Source: an uncultured Candidatus Bathyarchaeia archaeon (GTDB lineage Archaea > Thermoproteota > Bathyarchaeia > Bathyarchaeales > Bathycorpusculaceae). From it: a stretch of DNA of 64,000 bases. The DNA lies in the NCBI GenBank assembly GCA_964450845.1, contig CAYVGZ010000001.1:84338-148337 (forward strand), given 5' to 3'. The notes beneath the pieces are model-generated. The model was not told where the DNA came from, made no database searches, and saw only the letters and a program-made list of their open reading frames with translations. Numbering within the stretch: the first letter of the stretch is position 1; each line of letters begins with the position of its first letter. Of the stretch, positions 57,494 to 64,000 are shown one piece after another. The translations under genes were made by a program, and so were the position numbers.

Positions 57494-58063
57494 TTAGAAG
57501 TGGATCATTAGGTCGTTCGGTAGTTTCTTTGTTCTTGTATATGATAAGACTGCTTGAGCAAGCGCAGCAGCTACTATCACGTTACCGTATTCGATTTCTT
57601 CCTTAGCTATCTGAAACGGATTCTGACAGCTTTGGCTCTCGCTTGATTCGTCTATTGTGGAGATATAGTTCTCTGTTTCGCTTGAGAATATTCCAATCAT
57701 TTTACCATTTGCCCTAGCATCTATAAATGGTATTCCTGATGTTACAAATGCATCGTGAGCGTTACGTCTTATCAGATTATTATCAGCACATAGAATGATA
57801 AGACTAAAGCCATTTAAATCTTTTCTTTCTATTCGTTTGTTCTCGAATGCTACATTTAAGCACCTAAATTCTAGAGCGGAGGTCTTGTATTCTCCTATGT
57901 CTCCAGGTTCAAAGTTCTGATATAGAATGTTTTTCTTCTCTACCTTATCATCATCAAAGAACTTGAAGTTAACATCTTTTATTTGCTCTAGATCAATTAG
58001 CCTGTTAATATGTTCTGCGAAGTACGATCCAATTCCTCCACAACCTACTACTGCGACGTTCAT
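57494..58063 (-). CDS. ThiF/E1-like adenylating enzyme
   Basis: VVGCGGIG, DDDKVEKKNILYQNF, ILCADN, FIDAR, candidate thioester Cys in SQSCQ; no CxxC Zn motifs. Confidence 0.88.
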   Translation of the reverse strand: MNVAVVGCGGIGSYFAEHINRLIDLEQIKDVNFKFFDDDKVEKKNILYQNFEPGDIGEYKTSALEFRCLNVAFENKRIERKDLNGFSLIILCADNNLIRRNAHDAFVTSGIPFIDARANGKMIGIFSSETENYISTIDESSESQSCQNPFQIAKEEIEYGNVIVAAALAQAVLSYTRTKKLPNDLMIHF

Positions 58064-58677
58064 ACTTGCTCCTTTAATCGTTTGAGCCCAAGTTCAGCTA
58101 TAACTACTGCATCAGCTATGTGCTCAAACTCACCTTTATTATATATATTTAAAATTCCAGCTTCCTGTACTCTGCTGCAATTTATAATGAACTTCTTGTT
58201 ATTGGTTCCTATTTGGTTACTATAGTTTTTAACTACGTAATCTATCACTTCATTCTTTGTAGCCTTGGCCTTGCCAGTAACCTGTTTATGAACCTCAGTT
58301 GGCGTCACAGGAGCACGCATCCATGACCCAGCATCTATATTTTCAAACATCTGCTGCGATAATACTGATGCTATGACTCCTTTAGCCATGCCTAAGCAGG
58401 CAGCTGCTCGTTGACTCTGAGATCCTCCAGGTACTTCAAATGCAAATATTTTAATACCAGATCTATTCATTAGAGTATTCATGAACATCTTTACTCCAGA
58501 GTATAAGATAGATGCTCGGTCAAGATCTATTAGACTGGACGACTTAGGAAGCTTTGGATTCTTTATCAGCCGCGAAGTCTCAATACATGGCTTGATGCCC
58601 TTACGATCCTGTCGTAAGATGACGCATCCGCAGAAATTAAAGGAGCAATCAATTGCTCCGACGTAAATTTTAGCCAT
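58060..58677 (-). CDS. RuvC-like Holliday junction resolvase
   Basis: GAIDCSFNFCG, AFEVP, PTEVHKQVTGKAKATKNEV, HIADAV. Confidence 0.75.
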   Translation of the reverse strand: MAKIYVGAIDCSFNFCGCVILRQDRKGIKPCIETSRLIKNPKLPKSSSLIDLDRASILYSGVKMFMNTLMNRSGIKIFAFEVPGGSQSQRAAACLGMAKGVIASVLSQQMFENIDAGSWMRAPVTPTEVHKQVTGKAKATKNEVIDYVVKNYSNQIGTNNKKFIINCSRVQEAGILNIYNKGEFEHIADAVVIAELGLKRLKEQV

Positions 58678-59279
58678 TTGTCTACTCCAATTCTAGTGTA
58701 TCCTTCTTCCCAAACTATGTTAGTTCTTGGGACTGGCTTTCCATCTTCAAACTTTTCAGATACTCTTATAACTGTATCGCCTTTTTTAGCTATTAGTTTG
58801 TTAAATCCTTCGCAAGTTCCATCAATCCCAAGCGTATATAATGATATTAAATTATGTACTTGATCTAATCCTGCATATAGGTGTCTTCCCTTTACAGATC
58901 CATTCTCATTAAATGATGAGATAGCTATGTCAAGTACCTGCACTCTTTTGTCCTCGAGCAGTAAGTTTTTAACAAAGCTAATTGACTCTGAATCAGGTTC
59001 ATCGAAATCAAATATTAATACATTAGTGCAATAAGGATCAAATAGCAAGCCATATGCATGTGGTGTCGTTCCAAGTAATTTAAAAGGAGAGAAGCTCTCC
59101 GATGTTGGAGCTTGTTTCCATCGATGCATTTGGTGTGAAACGAGCACGTGGTGTTGCTGGACGAAAAGCTGGTTGTAGTCTTTCATCAAGCTGTATACGA
59201 TCTCTTTTGAGTGTTTCTTGTATTCTTGGTGAAAGATTAGCGGGCTTCTTGAGTCTTCTGCGTTCTGTATTAAAACCAT
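58566..59279 (-). CDS. Hypothetical protein
   Basis: 237 aa; LIFDFD and GRHLY hint at a primase-like palm; 3' end overlaps RuvC by 112 nt. Confidence 0.45.
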   Translation of the reverse strand: MVLIQNAEDSRSPLIFHQEYKKHSKEIVYSLMKDYNQLFVQQHHVLVSHQMHRWKQAPTSESFSPFKLLGTTPHAYGLLFDPYCTNVLIFDFDEPDSESISFVKNLLLEDKRVQVLDIAISSFNENGSVKGRHLYAGLDQVHNLISLYTLGIDGTCEGFNKLIAKKGDTVIRVSEKFEDGKPVPRTNIVWEEGYTRIGVDKWLKFTSEQLIAPLISADASSYDRIVRASSHVLRLRG

Positions 59280-59721
59280 TTATATGATCCTTCAGTTGTT
59301 CTGTTAGGAATTCTTTAGCAGCAATGCTTGGTCTTCTTAATCCATCATCTCCTATTAGAACTATTTGTGGAACTGGATTAAGTTTCTTTCTCATCATAAT
59401 GTCAATCTCTAATCCAAATGCATTTCTAGTCAACATTTGGTTTTGTATATAGTCTGGATTAGCCTGTCGTATTGTTCCAGGATATGTTATCAGTCTTAAC
59501 TGATATACTTTAGATCTAGGTTCAGTCTTTACTAGATCTAATAAGGCAAGTCGCCCAGACAAGCCAGCAGTTTGAAAAACTGAATATACATATTTAGGAC
59601 TGACTTTACTTAGCTGCTCTGTTATGTCTGGCTCTGTCCGTCTTATTAATGATATAGATAATGTTGGAGTAAAATCTGTAATACTAGTTAATAGCTTTTT
59701 AAGTTCTCCTAGGTACGCCAT
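59080..59721 (-). CDS. Hypothetical protein
   Basis: 213 aa; overlaps the next gene by 200 nt, so the true 3' end is uncertain. Confidence 0.45.
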   Translation of the reverse strand: MAYLGELKKLLTSITDFTPTLSISLIRRTEPDITEQLSKVSPKYVYSVFQTAGLSGRLALLDLVKTEPRSKVYQLRLITYPGTIRQANPDYIQNQMLTRNAFGLEIDIMMRKKLNPVPQIVLIGDDGLRRPSIAAKEFLTEQLKDHINGFNTERRRLKKPANLSPRIQETLKRDRIQLDERLQPAFRPATPRARFTPNASMETSSNIGELLSF

Positions 59722-59947
59722 ATATGTTTGCCCCTCCTGATGTCTTGTATTCTGGCGGAACAGTATTTCCCATTGTTCTTTTGGTCTTTGATATCGCGCC
59801 AGGAGTCATTGTAAAGCTGAACATAGGTGGTCTCTTGGACATTGGTTTTCCGCATTCCAAGCAGAGTACTGGAGCATCTGCATCATTAATCAAAACATCA
59901 TTCTGGTCTGCTCCGCATTCTTCACAATAAAAGTCAAATATTGGCAT
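59699..59947 (-). CDS. FmdB-type zinc ribbon protein
   Basis: MPIFDFYCEECG...CLECG; GGAG SD. Confidence 0.75.
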   Translation of the reverse strand: MPIFDFYCEECGADQNDVLINDADAPVLCLECGKPMSKRPPMFSFTMTPGAISKTKRTMGNTVPPEYKTSGGANIYGVPRRT

Positions 59948-59948
59948 C

Positions 59949-60211
59949 TTATACTCCTCTTTTAATTGCTGGCTCTGATTTGATTGAGCCTCGTTCTATA
60001 TCTCTATAATGAATTGTTGTTAACATTCGATCAGTAGTAGGTATTCGTTGAATACCTAAAATGTATTTAGGTGTTTCATTAAGAAAGTTGTTAATTTCTT
60101 CATCATCATCGTTTTGACCTTCGTGTTTCCAAACTTAACCAAACCTTGATTGACTTCGTGTAATACTGTGTAAGCGAAAGGCTTTTCCGCTATTTCTGTC
60201 CTGAGGTTCAT
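59949..60211 (-). pseudogene. Small hypothetical gene apparently split by a 1-nt deletion near 60135
   Basis: ATGA-coupled start MNLRTEIAEK...GLVK; a second frame VWKHEGQNDDEEINNF...KRGV* ends at the next gene's SD. Confidence 0.45.
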
Positions 60212-60798
60212 TTGGCTTTCTCCTTGTATAGCTTAGCGATCTTTTCCCAATCATTTCTTCTTATGAAATCTTTGTAGCTTGGATCTTCGTACTCTGACTT
60301 TTCTAAATAATAACTCATAGGATAAGATAGAACTACATCTACTCCTGTTGAGGTCTTTGCTATAATTTGTCCGTGAGTATCTCTTAATATATTTTTTCTT
60401 TTAACGAAGGCAAACTGGGCATCTTCGCCAAGAACAACTACAAGGTGTGGTCTAAATATCTCAACAAGCTTTTCTGTCCAAGTTCCAAACGCTTTAATAT
60501 CGTTCTTGGATACCTGTTCAAGCGGGATTAGAAAGCAGGAAGAAAGTACCACGTTGTTTAAAGAAAAGTCATTAACAGTTTGAAAAAGATATTTAGAATA
60601 TTTGTCTTGGAATGGTTTATCTCCATTTAATGGAGGGCCCAAAACTAATAAGCAATTACCTACGTGTTCAGGATATCCATATGCTACATAAAGTTTCTTT
60701 CTACCAAAGTCATACCCATAAGTCAGAGCAACTTTTTTAAGGTCCTTTTTGAATGCTTCAATGTTTTCCTCAAATGTTGTACCATAGAACAAGTCCAT
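60208..60798 (-). CDS. Uracil-DNA glycosylase superfamily fold, catalytic motifs degenerate
   Basis: LLVLGPP...KPF, IFRPHLVVVLGEDA, THGQI, VVLSYPM.YYL, DW.KI align to family-4 UDG, but the GEAPG Glu, Asn and HP His are replaced. Confidence 0.55.
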   Translation of the reverse strand: MDLFYGTTFEENIEAFKKDLKKVALTYGYDFGRKKLYVAYGYPEHVGNCLLVLGPPLNGDKPFQDKYSKYLFQTVNDFSLNNVVLSSCFLIPLEQVSKNDIKAFGTWTEKLVEIFRPHLVVVLGEDAQFAFVKRKNILRDTHGQIIAKTSTGVDVVLSYPMSYYLEKSEYEDPSYKDFIRRNDWEKIAKLYKEKAK

Positions 60799-61067
60799 TA
60801 TCTTCCTCTCATACCAGCAACAGTTAGTTTTTCTTTCTTAATCGGATCTGGTTTTATTAGAGTATGCTTAGAATCGTCATTCATCCAGAAGTTTATACAA
60901 GCCTTTGTAGTTAAGTCTAACTTGCCCTTATTTATTACAGCTAAGCAGTCTTGATTTGGTGTCTCGTTAAAATAGGTCTGCCATAGGCCGTTAGCTTTGG
61001 CTTTGTATCTGTAGCAGTACTCTTTAGCTGCACAGTTTACTCCGTGACACATTGATATATCAGCCAC
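60798..61067 (-). CDS. Small Cys-rich phage protein
   Basis: MADISMCHGVNCAAKEYCYRY. Confidence 0.6.
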   Translation of the reverse strand: MADISMCHGVNCAAKEYCYRYKAKANGLWQTYFNETPNQDCLAVINKGKLDLTTKACINFWMNDDSKHTLIKPDPIKKEKLTVAGMRGR

Positions 61068-61068
61068 A

Positions 61069-61359
61069 CTAACCTCTTACTTTTAGAGTTCTAGATGATT
61101 TCTTTAATGGTTTTTCGGCGCTGTTAACTGGAAATGGAATAAGTCTAATCTCAGCTATAGCAGCTTCTCTAATCTCGTTTATCTGCTCAGGTGTTAAACT
61201 TCCAGTAATTGGAGACAATGTAAAAGTAATTTGAATTTGAGCAGTTTCATTTTGACTAGTTGTGATGCTTTTGTCTAACATATACCATTGTGTGCTAGTA
61301 TATAAGTTTGAACTTACTTTCCAATTATTAAAAGGAAAAGTTAAATTTCCTATAGTCAT
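61069..61359 (-). CDS. Hypothetical protein
   Basis: 96 aa ORF in the operon. Confidence 0.5.
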   Translation of the reverse strand: MTIGNLTFPFNNWKVSSNLYTSTQWYMLDKSITTSQNETAQIQITFTLSPITGSLTPEQINEIREAAIAEIRLIPFPVNSAEKPLKKSSRTLKVRG

Positions 61360-61368
61360 TGGTCAAAA

Positions 61369-61806
61369 CTACCTTCTTATTTTAAAGTTCTTTTTCTTTG
61401 ATACTTTAGTTTTCTTTTTTGGAGTTTCACTCGCAATAGGAGGACTTATAAGAGTATCAATATCTCTAAACTCTTGAATGTTTCCAAGCCTTGTTTTAAT
61501 AACTCTTTTCGTGTTATTACGTTTTATATTACTTAGCAGTATACTTTCGTTTGGAAACGCCTTCTCGGCTTCTTCAGCTGTATATACTGTACCACCAAAG
61601 TAGTACGTTCCACTCCAATTCTTTCGCCTACCTTTTAGTATTTCTCCTGAATCACTTTTACTTTCTTCTATATCGAAGAATCTAAATGCGAAAGTGCCAT
61701 TTCCAGGATCTTTTACGTTCTCAGGTTTTCTGTCTTTAACTTCTGTCTCCGATGTTTCACACATCAGTAGGCCAGGATATAAATATTCAACATAATGTTT
61801 AAGCAT
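61369..61806 (-). CDS. Hypothetical protein with basic C-terminal tail
   Basis: 145 aa; GGAG SD. Confidence 0.6.
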   Translation of the reverse strand: MLKHYVEYLYPGLLMCETSETEVKDRKPENVKDPGNGTFAFRFFDIEESKSDSGEILKGRRKNWSGTYYFGGTVYTAEEAEKAFPNESILLSNIKRNNTKRVIKTRLGNIQEFRDIDTLISPPIASETPKKKTKVSKKKNFKIRR

Positions 61807-61807
61807 T

Positions 61808-63496
61808 TTATACTCCCATTTCTTGTATGAATCTAGGCGTAGGCCCAGAATAGCACATGTATAGCTTATTCTTGGCTCTAGTCACGCCAACATAAAATAA
61901 TCTTCTTTCATCTTCTATTTCTATTTTTCTTCCTGGCTTTGCTTCAAGGTACATTTCACACCAAGGAAGAATTATTACTGATTGTTCTAATCCCTTGTAT
62001 CCATGAACTGTAGATAGTTCTATCTTTGCTGTATCTGAACCTTGTTCTTCTTCTGGTCCATTTAAGCCTAGCTCATCTGCTAACATATGGATACTGTCTT
62101 GAGTAATAGACATACTTTTTGTTATATCTATTAGAAACTCTCTCATCTCGGATTGATAATCAAAAGACTTCATGAATACATTCTCGGCAAGGCGAACTAG
62201 CACGTCCAGCGCTGAATTAATATGGCTCTGAAATGTATCTTGAAGAAATTTTAAACTCGAAAGTTTCTTTTGTTTCTTAGGATCGGCTAGCCACTCACTA
62301 ACTACAGCTTGAATAGAAGTTTTTTCGGATTCTTCTTTAAGCTTCTTGATACTTGCTGTGCCTAGACCTTTTAATGCTTTAGAAGCTTGTTCTAGGTCAA
62401 AGATATCATATCTATTAGAAGCAATCTTAAGGCAGGAGATCATTACCCGTACCGCAGAGCGGTCAGTTATATCAAGGAAGTCGTTGACCTTGTACTCTAA
62501 TCTAGCTTTGCGAAGAGCAAACTCTAGATGGTATTTAAACGTTCTGTTCCTATAGAGTATAGCTATGTTAGTGTCAGGGTTCTGTTGACACTTGAGGACA
62601 ACGTAGTCTACCTGCTCAAACGGATTGGCACACTTGTAATGTAAAACCTTACCTTCTTCTTGGCTGTATGCCTTAATTACTTTCTTAATTCTTATCTTGT
62701 TGTTTTCTATTAGCTTACTAGATAGCTTAACAATTTTTTTATCTGATCTAAAATTGACTCCCATGTTCATAACTTCACAATTAAATTCTTTAATGAAGTC
62801 TGCTACATTTTGTGGTCGCGCCCCCCGCCAAGCATATATACTTTGGTCGTCATCAGCGACTCCGATAACATTACAATGTGTCTGACTGAAAATTCTCTTG
62901 AGCATTTCGAGCTGTGGACCTGATGTGTCTTGGAGTTCATCAACGAGTAAGTGCGTAATTTGGATATACTTGTTCTCAGTACACTTCATGTCTTTGCTGT
63001 TGCTAATATTGATGAACCTGAGAATGATGTCATCAAAGTCGAGTAGATTGTACCGTGCGAGTTCTTCGTTGTACTTCTGGATTATTGGAGTGGTATTAAC
63101 GGGAAACGCGCTTTTCGCATTAGAGATATGTTCATAAATAGATTCAAATCTATCCTTGTCTTTTCTGCAGTTGAAAAGAGTTTTTATTATCAGGCGCTTC
63201 TTATGCTCGTCGCATATCGAAGCAGTTAAACCGCTCTGCTTCATTAATCTATATGCTATTCCGTGGAAGGTGCCAGAAATTATTCTGGACTTGTCTAACT
63301 CACCACACTTAGCAGTGATTGATTCAGCTGCTTTATTGGTAAAGGTTACCAACATTACGCGGTTGGATGGGTCTTGTAATAGCTTTGCGCAGATCTGAGA
63401 GAGCATGGTGCTCTTACCAGAACCTGGTGCTGCACTAATGTAAATGTTCTTATGAGAGTTAGATAGTATTGCTTTTTGTTCATCCGTCAGATTCAA
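61808..63496 (-). CDS. UvrD/Rep/PcrA-family SF1 helicase
   Basis: AAPGSGKST, TFTNKAA, GTFH, VDELQD, DDDQSIYAWRGA, NFRS, LYR, STVHGYKGLE, EDERRLFYVGVTRAK. Confidence 0.95.
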   Translation of the reverse strand: MNLTDEQKAILSNSHKNIYISAAPGSGKSTMLSQICAKLLQDPSNRVMLVTFTNKAAESITAKCGELDKSRIISGTFHGIAYRLMKQSGLTASICDEHKKRLIIKTLFNCRKDKDRFESIYEHISNAKSAFPVNTTPIIQKYNEELARYNLLDFDDIILRFINISNSKDMKCTENKYIQITHLLVDELQDTSGPQLEMLKRIFSQTHCNVIGVADDDQSIYAWRGARPQNVADFIKEFNCEVMNMGVNFRSDKKIVKLSSKLIENNKIRIKKVIKAYSQEEGKVLHYKCANPFEQVDYVVLKCQQNPDTNIAILYRNRTFKYHLEFALRKARLEYKVNDFLDITDRSAVRVMISCLKIASNRYDIFDLEQASKALKGLGTASIKKLKEESEKTSIQAVVSEWLADPKKQKKLSSLKFLQDTFQSHINSALDVLVRLAENVFMKSFDYQSEMREFLIDITKSMSITQDSIHMLADELGLNGPEEEQGSDTAKIELSTVHGYKGLEQSVIILPWCEMYLEAKPGRKIEIEDERRLFYVGVTRAKNKLYMCYSGPTPRFIQEMGV

Positions 63497-63716
63497 TATA
63501 TAATCCTTGGTCTGAAGCTAAGATAAGGTTCTGTTCATTTACATATGTATGTTGACCAACCTTAACCTTATACTTGGTAAAATCTAGAATTCTAACTGGG
63601 AATACCCAAGTTCTAGTTCTGTTTGACATAGATACAGTTTTTATTCTAAAACAGATATCACCAATATGTAGTTCTCTTCCGAACTTATCTTGTATTTTTT
63701 CTTTTTCTGTTTCCAT
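63480..63716 (-). CDS. Hypothetical protein
   Basis: DKFGRELHIGD motif; start moved to METEKE. Confidence 0.55.
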   Translation of the reverse strand: METEKEKIQDKFGRELHIGDICFRIKTVSMSNRTRTWVFPVRILDFTKYKVKVGQHTYVNEQNLILASDQGLYIESDG

Positions 63717-63717
63717 A

Positions 63718-63999
63718 TTATTTTGGATTGGTTGGTAGTTGGTAAGGCCATGGAGTTGCATCAACTATAGCATCAGTATTAACATATAACGGGTGCTGAA
63801 ATGGTTCAACTTCTATGAACACGTCAGTTTTTCTTAGGCATTCAAAGAACCTTCCAGTATCAGCTATCCAGCTGGCGTCTTCCATTACTATGAATTTGCC
63901 ACATATTCGTGTTACTCTACCAACATCTACCATAGTGATTGTTCTAATCAAGTAGCTTTTTCCAACCTCAAATGGTAGTTGTGGATTAACTGCTGCTCG
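63718..63999 (-). CDS. 5'-truncated conserved phage hypothetical protein
   Basis: Frame is open to the window edge (PFEVGKSYLIRTITM...EDASWIADTGRF). Confidence 0.6.
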   Translation of the reverse strand, partial: RAAVNPQLPFEVGKSYLIRTITMVDVGRVTRICGKFIVMEDASWIADTGRFFECLRKTDVFIEVEPFQHPLYVNTDAIVDATPWPYQLPTNPK

Positions 64000-64000
64000 T

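Noticed and set aside
58566-59279. Lost stops causing the 112-nt and 200-nt overlaps around 58677 and 59279
   Set aside because: Out-of-frame stops exist near the downstream starts, but without homologues the true ends cannot be placed; left unresolved.
743-63398. Short antisense ORFs in the ORF track (e.g. 3673, 5917, 24932, 35978, 51837, 60664)
   Set aside because: They lie opposite well-supported genes, lack SD and motifs, and are expected by chance.
1-64000. tRNA, rRNA, group I/II introns, CRISPR arrays, integrase or transposase
   Set aside because: No cloverleaf or T-loop consensus, regular repeat-spacer pattern or corresponding protein motifs were recognised by eye; tRNAscan-SE and Infernal would be needed to exclude short RNAs.

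Overview
AT-rich (roughly 30-37% GC by spot counts) segment of a large tailed dsDNA phage genome, standard genetic code, with two convergent halves. 1-24.5 kb (+ strand) is a virion/tail module of large, mostly unassignable beta-rich and repeat proteins with a radical SAM gene embedded in it. 24.56-64 kb (almost all - strand) holds: ClpP; a ~12.6 kb island of glycosyltransferases, methyltransferases and radical SAM enzymes; an intein-interrupted primase-helicase; Rad52/Sak; a divergently transcribed Cas4-like nuclease; a sigma factor; a radical SAM gene flanked by two MKIRxGFVSNSSS-motif genes; family B DNA polymerase; RuvC; and UvrD. The most striking element is a coupled ThiF/E1 - 782-aa Cys protein - ubiquitin-like (C-terminal GG) operon between RuvC and PolB. 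Other signals are a Ser-Gly bias in several virion proteins, sharp GC-rich CTAG-poor patches inside conserved genes, and decay of all three homing endonucleases and a DNA methylase. No tRNA, rRNA or CRISPR array was recognised. All family calls are from motif recognition by eye, not database searches.
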